Assembly (NCBI GenBank): GCA_964564035.1
Contig: CAZLZN010000002.1
Location: 20,898-84,897, forward strand
Source: an uncultured Gammaproteobacteria bacterium
GTDB taxonomy: Bacteria > Patescibacteriota > Microgenomatia > Levybacterales > UBA12049
DNA length: 64,000 bases
Direction of reading: 5' to 3'
A program made the translations under genes and the position numbers. Positions 1 through 8,530 of this stretch are shown in pieces (the first letter of the stretch is position 1; each line of letters opens with the position of its first letter). Below the pieces are notes generated by a model that saw nothing but the letters and a program-made list of their open reading frames with translations, made no database searches and was not told where the DNA came from.

Positions 1-270
1 GATACAATTGAAAAAGACCAAAAATTCTTTTTGCAAAAAATCGGTTTTCTCAGATTCAATCCCTTCAAGGACACAGGCGGTGATCAGAGTTTTATCTTGA
101 CTCTGGCTGACGCAAACGATACGGGAATCGTGATGACCGGTTTATACACCAGGTCAGGAGTACGAATGTATATTAAGCGTGTACGCAACGGCAAAGGAAT
201 AGAGCACGAGCTGTCCGATGAAGAGCAAAAAGCTCTGAACGGCTCAAGAAATCAAATTCATGCAAAATAA
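1..270 (+). CDS. DUF4446 family protein, C-terminal part (5' end outside window)
   Basis: Frame 1 is open from base 1 to the stop at 270. The tail GFLRFNPFKDTGGDQSFILTLADANDTGIVMTGLYTR resembles DUF4446 C-termini. The listed TTG at 31 is probably internal. Confidence 0.55.
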   Translation, partial: DTIEKDQKFFLQKIGFLRFNPFKDTGGDQSFILTLADANDTGIVMTGLYTRSGVRMYIKRVRNGKGIEHELSDEEQKALNGSRNQIHAK

Positions 271-1441
271 ATTTTTAAAACCGGTTATATTATTATTAGC
301 ATTCCTGCTTTCCGGCGGGATCTCTTATTTTTTCTTCTCAAGCCGTATATTGCCCGGCGCTGATTTGCTTACACAAACACCGGAACAGACAGGTAAACAG
401 ACTTCTGCAGGCAACGATTATGAGGCGCTGACTTTTGATCCTAACCATCCCGCGACAGAAGAATGTCCGCTGAATGGCGTAAAATACGGCAAAGATCAAA
501 AAGACTGGTGGACTAAACACAGGCCGCTTGGCGTTATGATCGAGAATCATCTCGAGTCGAGGCCTCAATCAGGCGTTTATTTCGCTGATGTTGTTTATGA
601 AGCAGTCGCCGAAGGCGGTATCACGAGATTCTTATCCGTATTCTATTGTCAGGATGCTGGCATAATTGGGCCGGTCCGTTCGGCTAGAACTTATTTTCTT
701 GACTTCATATCTGAATACGGAGAAAATCCGCTATATGCCCACGTAGGTGGAGCCAATACTCCGGGTCCGGCAAATGCTCTCGGCCAGATCGAGGATTATG
801 GATGGTCAGCCTACAATGACCTTAACCAGTTTTCTATTGGCTATCCCACTTTTTGGCGCGATCAAACCAGGCTCGGGCGCAATGTTGCTACCGAGCACAC
901 AATGTATTCGACGACTACCAAATTATGGGATTTCGCCAAAAAAAGAAAATTAACCAATGTCGACGAAGACGGTGCTTCATGGGATGTGGATTTTACCAGG
1001 TATTCCTTCAAAGAAGATAAGCCGGTACAAAAACCCGAAGCATCCGGAATAAATCTTGGCTTTTGGGACAATGCCTCCTACGTAGTCGATTGGGTCTATG
1101 ACTCCAAAACCAACTCCTATCTCAGGCAAAACGGCGGAGAAGATCATATGGACAGAAATACCAAAAAACAGCTGAATGCCAAAAACGTTGTGGTTTTATT
1201 TATGAAAGAAAGCAACGCCAACGACGGATACGAAAACAACGCACATCTTTTATATGGTACCAAAGGCACAGGCAAGGCTCTGGTATTTCAGGATGGCCGC
1301 GAAATAAACGCGACCTGGAAAAAAGCCGGCAGAACCGACAGGACAATTCTGACAGACAGTTCAGGCAATGATATCAGCTTTAATCGTGGTCAAATATGGT
1401 TCGAAATAGTCCCTTCGGATAGTGTAGTAAAAACAAATTAA
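260..1441 (+). CDS. DUF3048 domain-containing exported protein (YerB-like)
   Basis: Hydrophobic N-terminus (KPVILLLAFLLSGG). Core PLGVMIENHLESRPQSGVYFADVVYEAVAEGGITRF is typical of DUF3048. Confidence 0.7.
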   Translation: MQNKFLKPVILLLAFLLSGGISYFFFSSRILPGADLLTQTPEQTGKQTSAGNDYEALTFDPNHPATEECPLNGVKYGKDQKDWWTKHRPLGVMIENHLESRPQSGVYFADVVYEAVAEGGITRFLSVFYCQDAGIIGPVRSARTYFLDFISEYGENPLYAHVGGANTPGPANALGQIEDYGWSAYNDLNQFSIGYPTFWRDQTRLGRNVATEHTMYSTTTKLWDFAKKRKLTNVDEDGASWDVDFTRYSFKEDKPVQKPEASGINLGFWDNASYVVDWVYDSKTNSYLRQNGGEDHMDRNTKKQLNAKNVVVLFMKESNANDGYENNAHLLYGTKGTGKALVFQDGREINATWKKAGRTDRTILTDSSGNDISFNRGQIWFEIVPSDSVVKTN

Positions 1442-1479
1442 ACTTGCTATAATATTTTTTATTAATACTGCCTCCTAAA

Positions 1480-2055
1480 ATGCTATCAGATATTATTACA
1501 TCTAAAACAAGGATAAAACTGCTGAATGTTTTTTTGACCAAACCCGACCAAATGCTCCATGTTAGAGAGTGCGTGCGCAGAACAGAAGAAGAAATCAATG
1601 CAGTACGACGCGAATTGATCTTCCTTGAAAAAAAAGGAATTTTTCAGAAAGAACCAAGAGCTAACAGGATATATTATTCTCTTTCCAAAGAATATCCTTT
1701 TTACAATGACCTGCTGAGGATTGGTATAAAAACGATAGGACTGGGCGCTGAAATTCTAAAAAACCGTGTTAAGCTTGGCAAAATTAAATTTGCAATGTTT
1801 TCCGGTAAATTTGTAAGACGCATCAAAGAGTCCCCTGAAGACGTCGATCTGATTGTGGTCGGCACAATAGTTCTTCCGGAGCTTGGTATACTCGTCCGTA
1901 GCGAAGAAGCTCGTCTCGGATCTGAAATAAACTACACCGCTATGACAGAGGAAGAGTTCAAATTCCGAAAGCAAAGAAACGATCCTTTTTTAGTGAATAT
2001 TCTAAATGGAACACGTCTGATGCTGATCGGCGATGAGGAGGCTATGCTTTCATGA
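1480..2055 (+). CDS. winged-helix (ArsR-like) transcriptional regulator with C-terminal nucleotidyltransferase-like region
   Basis: N-terminal wHTH-like segment (RIKLLNVFLTKPDQMLHVRECVRRTEEEINAVRRELIFLEKKG). C-terminal DVDLIVVG segment. The stop overlaps the secD start. Confidence 0.5.
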   Translation: MLSDIITSKTRIKLLNVFLTKPDQMLHVRECVRRTEEEINAVRRELIFLEKKGIFQKEPRANRIYYSLSKEYPFYNDLLRIGIKTIGLGAEILKNRVKLGKIKFAMFSGKFVRRIKESPEDVDLIVVGTIVLPELGILVRSEEARLGSEINYTAMTEEEFKFRKQRNDPFLVNILNGTRLMLIGDEEAMLS

Positions 2056-3470
2056 AGCGTAAAATAAATTTTGCATTAATTTTTATTATCTTTCTAACTG
2101 CCGCGACGATTATAATAAATCTATCACAGCCATACTCTCTGAAATTCTCCACTCCCCGCCTTCCCTTCGTCGACCAAAGCTATAACGTAGACTGGAAATT
2201 TCCGGGTATTCATACTTACAATTTTTTCAAGACAGTCGGAATCACCAGGGATTTTTCCTTTCAAAAAGGCTTGGATCTGCAAGGTGGAACAAGTATAACT
2301 CTAAAAGCGGACATGAAGGATATTCCTGAAAGCCAGCGCGAGGATGCCCTCAACTCCGCCAAATCCGTTATCGAGCGCCGTATTAACTTCTTCGGAGTAT
2401 CTGAACCTGTCGTCCAGACTTCCCGTGCGGGCGGGGATTACAGGATTATTGCGGAGATTCCAGGAGTAACTGACGCGCAAACAGCCGTAAATCTGATCGG
2501 CAGAACCGCCAAGATGACGTTTTGGGAAAACGCCGCGTCCCAATCAGCCAAAATAGCCTCAGGCAGTGCGCTTCCGCTTGGCATAGACCAGCTTTTCCCA
2601 AATCCTGTCCAAACAGACCTGACGGGCGCGGACCTAAGCATGTCATCGGTAGTCTTCGATCCAAATACGGGCCAACCTCAAGTCCAACTAAAATTCACAC
2701 CAAATGGTTCCAAAAAATTCGGAGAGATAACCAAGCGCAATGTCGGAAATATCGTTGCGATCGTACTGGATAACCAAATTATTGAAGCGCCCCGCGTGAA
2801 TGAGCCGATTTTCGGCGGTGACGCAGTGATATCGGGGACCTTTACGACTGAAACAGCCAAAACATTACAAATACAGCTCAATGCCGGCGCGTTACCCGTT
2901 TCATTGTCGGTTTTGCAGCAGCAGGCGATAGGAGCGACGCTGGGACAGGAGTCCCTCGAAAAAAGTTTGATAGCGGGTATAATAGGATTTATCGTTATTG
3001 TTTTGTTTATGGTCATTTTATACGGCGTACCGGGTATAATAGCGAGCGTAGCGCTTGCGCTTTATACATTGATAGTACTGGCGCTTTTCAGGGCGATTCC
3101 TGTTACGCTGACGCTTGCGGGTATAGCCGGTCTGATTTTATCGATCGGAATCGCTGTCGACGCGAACATACTGATTTTCGAACGTATGAAAGAAGAACTC
3201 AGAAAAGGCAGGACCCGAGACATGGCAATTTCCCTGGGCTTTAGCAGAGCCTGGCTTTCCATACGCGATTCCAATATCTCAAGCCTTATAACCAGCGCTA
3301 TTTTATTCTATTTCGGATCGGGTGTTGTTCGCGGATTCGCTTTAACTCTTGCGATCGGAGTATTGGTTTCCATGTTCTCGGCAATTTTCGTCACCAAAAC
3401 ATTGCTCGAAGTGTTCTATTTAGATAAAAAACAAAAAACAAAAAATCAGGCATTAGCGATAAGTAAATAA
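2052..3470 (+). CDS. secD: protein translocase subunit SecD
   Basis: N-terminal TM, large exported domain and a C-terminal multi-TM block with GIAGLILSIGIAVDANILIFERMKEE. ATGA overlap with the upstream gene. GAGGAGG Shine-Dalgarno (SD). Confidence 0.9.
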   Translation: MKRKINFALIFIIFLTAATIIINLSQPYSLKFSTPRLPFVDQSYNVDWKFPGIHTYNFFKTVGITRDFSFQKGLDLQGGTSITLKADMKDIPESQREDALNSAKSVIERRINFFGVSEPVVQTSRAGGDYRIIAEIPGVTDAQTAVNLIGRTAKMTFWENAASQSAKIASGSALPLGIDQLFPNPVQTDLTGADLSMSSVVFDPNTGQPQVQLKFTPNGSKKFGEITKRNVGNIVAIVLDNQIIEAPRVNEPIFGGDAVISGTFTTETAKTLQIQLNAGALPVSLSVLQQQAIGATLGQESLEKSLIAGIIGFIVIVLFMVILYGVPGIIASVALALYTLIVLALFRAIPVTLTLAGIAGLILSIGIAVDANILIFERMKEELRKGRTRDMAISLGFSRAWLSIRDSNISSLITSAILFYFGSGVVRGFALTLAIGVLVSMFSAIFVTKTLLEVFYLDKKQKTKNQALAISK

Positions 3471-3471
3471 T

Positions 3472-4380
3472 ATGTTAAACATAATAGGCAAAAAAAATTG
3501 GTATTTTATTTTTTCACTTCTCATAATTATTCCCGGAGTAATTTCATTATTCCTTTGGGGGCTCAATCTCTCTATAGACTTTACCGGAGGCACACGAATG
3601 ATCCTGATTCACCCCGACTCGTCAAAAATCCAAACCCAAAACATCATCCGAAATGCGTTCGGAGAACAGAGCGTTGACATAGTGACCCTTCAGCCGTCGG
3701 AAAAAAGCATAGTCATACGCACGAGACAAATCAATGAAAAACAAAACACTGCACTTATCAGTGATATCAAAAAAGATCTGCCGGATATCAAACAGGAAAG
3801 TTTCGAAACCATCGGTCCGGCGGTTGGAGGCGAAACAACACAAAACGCTCTAAAAGCACTTGCTTTAGCTTCGCTCCTGATTGTTCTTTATATCGCATGG
3901 TCATTCCGCTCAGTGCCCAAGCCTACCAGCAGCTGGAAATTCGGTATATGCGCGATAATAACATTGCTCCACGATATTCTGGTTTTGGTTGGAATATTTT
4001 CTTTGCTTGGACATTTTTACGGCGTAGAAATCGATAGTCTTTTTATAACAGCCCTTTTGACCGTAATTGGATTCTCGGTTCATGATACTATAGTTGTGTT
4101 TGACCGGATCAGGGAAAACCTCAGAAAGTCGGTTGGTCTGCCATTTGAGCAGATAGTCAATGACTCCATTCTTCAAACAATCGTCAGGTCACTCAATACG
4201 TCGTTTACTACCATGCTGGTGCTGTTTACTTTACTCATTTTTGGCGGAGATTCTCTTCGATGGTTCATTGCCGCGCTCTTAATCGGTATCGGAGTAGGGA
4301 CATACTCGTCCATCTTCAATGCCGCTCCGCTTCTCGTGTTATGGCATCAGTTCGATCGGAGACGAAAGAATATTAAATAA
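3472..4380 (+). CDS. secF: protein translocase subunit SecF
   Basis: Starts 1 nt after secD. TVIGFSVHDTIVVFDRIRENL is a SecF-type signature. Multi-TM protein. Confidence 0.9.
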   Translation: MLNIIGKKNWYFIFSLLIIIPGVISLFLWGLNLSIDFTGGTRMILIHPDSSKIQTQNIIRNAFGEQSVDIVTLQPSEKSIVIRTRQINEKQNTALISDIKKDLPDIKQESFETIGPAVGGETTQNALKALALASLLIVLYIAWSFRSVPKPTSSWKFGICAIITLLHDILVLVGIFSLLGHFYGVEIDSLFITALLTVIGFSVHDTIVVFDRIRENLRKSVGLPFEQIVNDSILQTIVRSLNTSFTTMLVLFTLLIFGGDSLRWFIAALLIGIGVGTYSSIFNAAPLLVLWHQFDRRRKNIK

Positions 4381-4383
4381 CCA

Positions 4384-4758
4384 ATGCCTGCCGAACCCCA
4401 AACAAAAATACTCAATACCGCGCTTGGAGATTTGCTCCGAAGCAACGCTCAAGCCAGAAATTTAATTATGCAGTCAATGCGGATTTCTCCGGAAGAATTA
4501 AATAGCATGATCGATCGCGCAGGAGGCAGTCAAATGATGGGTATGACAATTGGCGAACTTTTCAAAAATGGACTATTCCAAAAAGCACAATCTTTGACAC
4601 AAAACCCCGATACTATGCTTCACGAATTTAAAGATGAACATATTGCGCTCATGGCGGACTCTTTAAAAAACCCGGGACTCTCCTCACGGGAACAAGCCGG
4701 GAACGCACAAGTGAAAAGCCAAAATATTTTTCAAAAAATCAAAAATTTATTTAAATAA
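4384..4758 (+). CDS. hypothetical protein
   Basis: 124-aa ORF tightly packed between secF and the deaminase gene. No motif recognised. Confidence 0.4.
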   Translation: MPAEPQTKILNTALGDLLRSNAQARNLIMQSMRISPEELNSMIDRAGGSQMMGMTIGELFKNGLFQKAQSLTQNPDTMLHEFKDEHIALMADSLKNPGLSSREQAGNAQVKSQNIFQKIKNLFK

Positions 4759-4759
4759 A

Positions 4760-5224
4760 ATGAACGATTATATGCAGATCGCACTTTCCGAGGCGGCCGC
4801 CGGTTTTAAAAATAACGAAGGAGGTCCATTCGGAGCCGTCATCGTCAAAAATAATCAAATAATCGCGAAGTCACATAATGAAGTTTTGCAAACAAACGAC
4901 CCGACAGCTCATGCCGAGGTAACAGCAATTCGCAAGGCATGCGCGTCGCTCAAAACGTATTCCCTCGAAAACTGTGAAATTTATACGACCTGTGAGCCAT
5001 GCCCGATGTGCCTGGGAGCTATAATGTGGGCCGGTATTTCCAAAATTTACTACGGAGCAGACAGGAAAGCCGCGGCCAATCTGGGCTTTGATGATGATTA
5101 TTTATATCAGGTAATAAATGGCAATACCAAGGCCGACAAGCTGGAAATGACGAGAATTGACGAAGATGATTGTTTAAAACTGATGCATGAATGGAGTCAA
5201 AAAGAAGATAAAGTTATTTATTAG
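4760..5224 (+). CDS. guaD: guanine deaminase (CDA-fold, GuaD type)
   Basis: GGPFGAVIVK, DPTAHAEVTAIRKAC, CEPCPMCLGAIMWA and GFDDDYLY match my memory of B. subtilis GuaD more closely than TadA. Confidence 0.7.
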   Translation: MNDYMQIALSEAAAGFKNNEGGPFGAVIVKNNQIIAKSHNEVLQTNDPTAHAEVTAIRKACASLKTYSLENCEIYTTCEPCPMCLGAIMWAGISKIYYGADRKAAANLGFDDDYLYQVINGNTKADKLEMTRIDEDDCLKLMHEWSQKEDKVIY

Positions 5225-5681
5225 AACCAGCACCCTCAAGTTCTTCTTTAACAATCTTCCCCACTAGATTTCCATCGGCTTTGCCTTTGAGCCTCGGCAT
5301 CAGCGCTCCCATAATTTTCCCCATATCCGACATGCCTGATGCTTGCGTCAGACCGATTACTTCCTTGACCAAAATTCTAATATCGCTCTCCCCCATTTGT
5401 TCCGGCAGATACTTCTTTAATATCTCAAGCTCTGCTGTTTCTTTATCGACCAGATCGGATCTCCCGGCATTTTGGAATTGCTCTATAGAATCCCTGTGCT
5501 GTTTTACTTCTTTTTGAATAACGGCCAGTACATCTTCATCGCTGGCTTCATAGCCCGCGCCCCCCTTGTTCGTTTCAAAATACCCGATTCCGGAAATAAC
5601 CATTCGAAGCACGGAAGTCCTGAGCGTATCCTTAGCAAGCATCGCCTGCTTCAACTCATCCCTCAACTGTTGTTTTAACAT
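5214..5681 (-). CDS. GatB/YqeY domain-containing protein
   Basis: 155 aa. The LRDELKQAMLAKD...RTSVLRMV N-terminus and ELEILKKYLP are characteristic of YqeY-like proteins. Confidence 0.8.
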   Translation of the reverse strand: MLKQQLRDELKQAMLAKDTLRTSVLRMVISGIGYFETNKGGAGYEASDEDVLAVIQKEVKQHRDSIEQFQNAGRSDLVDKETAELEILKKYLPEQMGESDIRILVKEVIGLTQASGMSDMGKIMGALMPRLKGKADGNLVGKIVKEELEGAGSNK

Positions 5682-5700
5682 AATAAAATTATAACATAAA

Positions 5701-6486
5701 TTATGTTGTATTTATTAAACCTCTGTTTAATAGTTTTTTAAAGCTTCTTTTTAGATACATCAAGGCTAAAATAATATATAGAACATTTAGCAACAGCGAT
5801 AAATATAAGTAATTATTATTTATAGCCCCTTGCTCCAATACCTGTCGCATCCCTTCAAAAACATAGCTGGCAGGTACTATAGAAGCGATTAGCTGTGCCC
5901 ATTCGGGAAGAGATGAGACAGGATAATAAATCGCGCAAAAAGGGGAAATCAGAGCGACCATTGCCCAGGCTAACGTTTGTATTCTGCTCCCGTATCGAAA
6001 TATTATGCCCGTTACAAAAAAACCCACTGCCCATCCGTTTAATATCAATAAGCCCATAAATGGAATAAGGTAAATTCCTAGTGAAAATATTTGTATTTTA
6101 TATAATAAAAACGCAATAGAGGCTGTGAATAATAGGCTGATAAAAGCTTTAATGCCTCCGAGCACGAGAAGTGAAATGACCCACTCGCTGAATTTTATTG
6201 GAGATACAAAAGTATTTATTAAATTTTTATCCCACATTTCTTCGAGCAAATTTACTGTCAGCTCGTATTGTGCTCGCCAAATTATATACCAAAATATTAT
6301 CCCGCTAACTATCAGCATTACGACTGGGATTTGATCGTCTATTAATGATTTAAGATAAGCACTTGTCAGTCCCCATACCACAAGGTCAATAGTAGGCCAA
6401 TAAAAAGCGTCACTTAACCTATCAAAGCTATGCTTTTGTAAGTATACATATCTTAAAAATACCCCATAAATTTTATGTATTTTCAT
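5701..6486 (-). CDS. ABC-2 type transporter permease
   Basis: 261 aa with about 6 hydrophobic helices. The start overlaps the stop of the upstream ATPase gene by 4 nt. Confidence 0.7.
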   Translation of the reverse strand: MKIHKIYGVFLRYVYLQKHSFDRLSDAFYWPTIDLVVWGLTSAYLKSLIDDQIPVVMLIVSGIIFWYIIWRAQYELTVNLLEEMWDKNLINTFVSPIKFSEWVISLLVLGGIKAFISLLFTASIAFLLYKIQIFSLGIYLIPFMGLLILNGWAVGFFVTGIIFRYGSRIQTLAWAMVALISPFCAIYYPVSSLPEWAQLIASIVPASYVFEGMRQVLEQGAINNNYLYLSLLLNVLYIILALMYLKRSFKKLLNRGLINTT

Positions 6487-7403
6487 ACTTTATCGCTCTT
6501 TGCTGCTTGCAAGAAATAGTCTTCCAGCGTGGGTTTATCAATGCTTATCTCATCATATTTTATATCTCTTGCGGAAATTTCATTTAAAAATTCCGACAAA
6601 TGTTTTTCCGGAATATCTAACGAAATATTTTTTCCAGTTGCTTTAAGCCCAAAATTTTTCTCCTTCGCGAGTTGCGTCAAAATTTCCAAATTGTTAGAAA
6701 TATGCATATTTAGATGACTTATTTCAATTTGTTTCACAAGATTTTCAGGTTTATCATCATCGATGATTTCCCCTTTGTTTATGAAAATAACACGATCACA
6801 TACTTCTTCTATTTCACTCATGTTATGAGAAGTCCAAATTATTGAAATATTATTTTGCATCTTTCTCTTCAAGATTAAGTCACGCAGATATTTCGCGATT
6901 TCAGGATCCATAGAAGCCGTTGGTTCATCTAAAAGCAAAACCCTGGGATCATTAATGAAGGCTTTCGCTAAATTTACGCGGGTGTTTTGTCCCGCGGATA
7001 GTTTGGATATACTTTTATTTTCGAATTCACCTAACTTGAACAATTCAATGATTTCATTAATCTTTTGCTTCCTGTTTTTAATATCATACAAATATGAAAT
7101 AAAAGTTAAGTTCTCCCGGACAGTTAACTTCCATGGTAAATTAATATATGTTGAAGAAAAATTTACCTTTTCCATAATTTCTTCGCGATCAGTTTTAATA
7201 CTTTTTTCGAAATAATTAATTTCTCCATTAGTAGGCGTAAGTATTCCAAGTAGCATTTGAATTGTCGTTGTCTTGCCCGCCCCGTTAGGGCCTAATAACC
7301 CTACTATTTCTCCCTCTTCCATATTAAAGGAAATATTTTTGACAACATCGAAATTTCCAAATCTTTTACTTAAATTTTTGACTTTCAATATAACTTTATT
7401 CAT
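6483..7403 (-). CDS. ABC transporter ATP-binding protein
   Basis: Walker A GPNGAGKTT, signature LSAGQ, Walker B LLLDEPT and H-loop TSHNM. Confidence 0.88.
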   Translation of the reverse strand: MNKVILKVKNLSKRFGNFDVVKNISFNMEEGEIVGLLGPNGAGKTTTIQMLLGILTPTNGEINYFEKSIKTDREEIMEKVNFSSTYINLPWKLTVRENLTFISYLYDIKNRKQKINEIIELFKLGEFENKSISKLSAGQNTRVNLAKAFINDPRVLLLDEPTASMDPEIAKYLRDLILKRKMQNNISIIWTSHNMSEIEEVCDRVIFINKGEIIDDDKPENLVKQIEISHLNMHISNNLEILTQLAKEKNFGLKATGKNISLDIPEKHLSEFLNEISARDIKYDEISIDKPTLEDYFLQAAKSDKV

Positions 7404-8040
7404 ATATAATTTATTTAATTTTTAAAATACTTTTACTTAACCTTTTCTATAATAACAGAAAGTAATCCTTATACTCAAAACAAATATATTCTTTATGTGA
7501 CTAGAGCTTCCGGTATTATTTAAATTATTCACACGAATTGGATGACCCAAAGTCTTTGTACACATATCCAACTTTAAAAATAATTTCAGTATTGTGATTT
7601 AAGCCACGTTAATAAATATAAGTTGCACCTTATTTTAGCTATTTGGAGTACTCGAAATATAGGTTTTTCTTTTCCGCCTGCAGTTGAGCTAACTGCTTTC
7701 TATATTTTGCAATGCTTCTATCAAGTGCGGTTTTAGTCAAAAATCAAACGTATTGGTTATCTCAGCCCACTGAGTTACTAAACGCCTATTTCTATTACCT
7801 GGAGCATTCCTTGTAAATTTAGATTATACCCGTCAGCTATAAGTATTCCACTCCTCTAACTTCCCCAAATATTGAGGTGAATACTTTCCCGGTTCGATGG
7901 TGTGCAGGAACGTCAATTTATTGCTGTTCATATGCTGTTATGTTGCAAATCTTCTTATATATAAAATTACATATCCCAATTTAATATTCCCTATTTATAA
8001 AACCAATCAACATGCGAGGTTAGTTAGTGCAGCTTTACAC

Positions 8041-8066
8041 TGTATAGTTGTCTAGACAACTATACA
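8041..8066. repeat. perfect 26-bp palindrome TGTATAGTTGTCTAGACAACTATACA, 2 nt past the stop of the TrpR-family gene
   Basis: Read directly; the reverse complement is identical. The right part (8047..8067) is a 19/21 direct repeat of 8488..8508. Confidence 0.9.
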
Positions 8067-8068
8067 AC

Positions 8069-8479
8069 TTACCTTCCTACATTTTTTCTCCTAAAGCCCG
8101 AATACACTTTTTTCTTGAACACGAGTTTTGATCCTCCGGTATTTATAAATTTGTTCTTTCCATACTCATTTTCTACCTTTATTCGTCTTGCTTCTATCAT
8201 GTCAAACGCATCCGGATACTTGTCTAAGCTCTTTATTACTGACAAAATAGTATTTTTCCCTACGTTTAATTTTCTGGCTATTTCGTCATAACCAACATTA
8301 TTTTTTATAAGCATCGCAATAATTATGCGTCTGCCGATCTTCATTTTCTCATCAAAAGTCAATAAACTGTTAATTATTTGCTCAACTTGTTCGCCATTTT
8401 TAGCAGCCAGAAATGCATCTCTCAATTTATTAAGCGCGTCATAAACATCGTCCTGATCTAGAAAATTATATCTTTTCAT
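8069..8479 (-). CDS. TrpR-family (TrpR / YerC-YecD-like) DNA-binding protein
   Basis: LLTFDEKMKIGRRIIIAMLIKNNVGYDEIARKLNVGKNTILSVIKSL aligns with E. coli TrpR [49 protein letters not shown]. It carries an extra basic C-terminal tail of about 40 aa. Confidence 0.7.
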   Translation of the reverse strand: MKRYNFLDQDDVYDALNKLRDAFLAAKNGEQVEQIINSLLTFDEKMKIGRRIIIAMLIKNNVGYDEIARKLNVGKNTILSVIKSLDKYPDAFDMIEARRIKVENEYGKNKFINTGGSKLVFKKKVYSGFRRKNVGR

Positions 8480-8487
8480 ATTATTCC

Positions 8488-8508
8488 GTTGTCTAGACTA
8501 CTGTACAA
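8488..8508. promoter_or_regulatory. GTTGTCTAGACTACTGTACAA motif 9 nt upstream of the TrpR-family start codon (candidate auto-operator)
   Basis: 19/21 identical to 8047..8067 in the same orientation. Contains the 8-bp palindrome GTCTAGAC. Confidence 0.45.
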
Positions 8509-8530
8509 ATCATACAAAAAATCACACGAG

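Noticed and set aside
7888-7900. cccGGTTCGATgg, a T-loop-like motif that might indicate a second tRNA or tmRNA in the 665-bp gap.
   Set aside because: The flanking bases cannot form a 5-bp T-stem (CCCGG has no CCGGG partner). No acceptor or anticodon arms could be drawn.
8041-8066. The 26-bp palindrome as a simple rho-independent terminator of the TrpR-family gene.
   Set aside because: It could form an 11-bp AU-rich stem with a CTAG loop, but no U-tract follows on the transcribed strand. A near-identical half-site is repeated upstream of the same gene. This fits a protein-binding or recombination site better than a terminator. Termination is not excluded.
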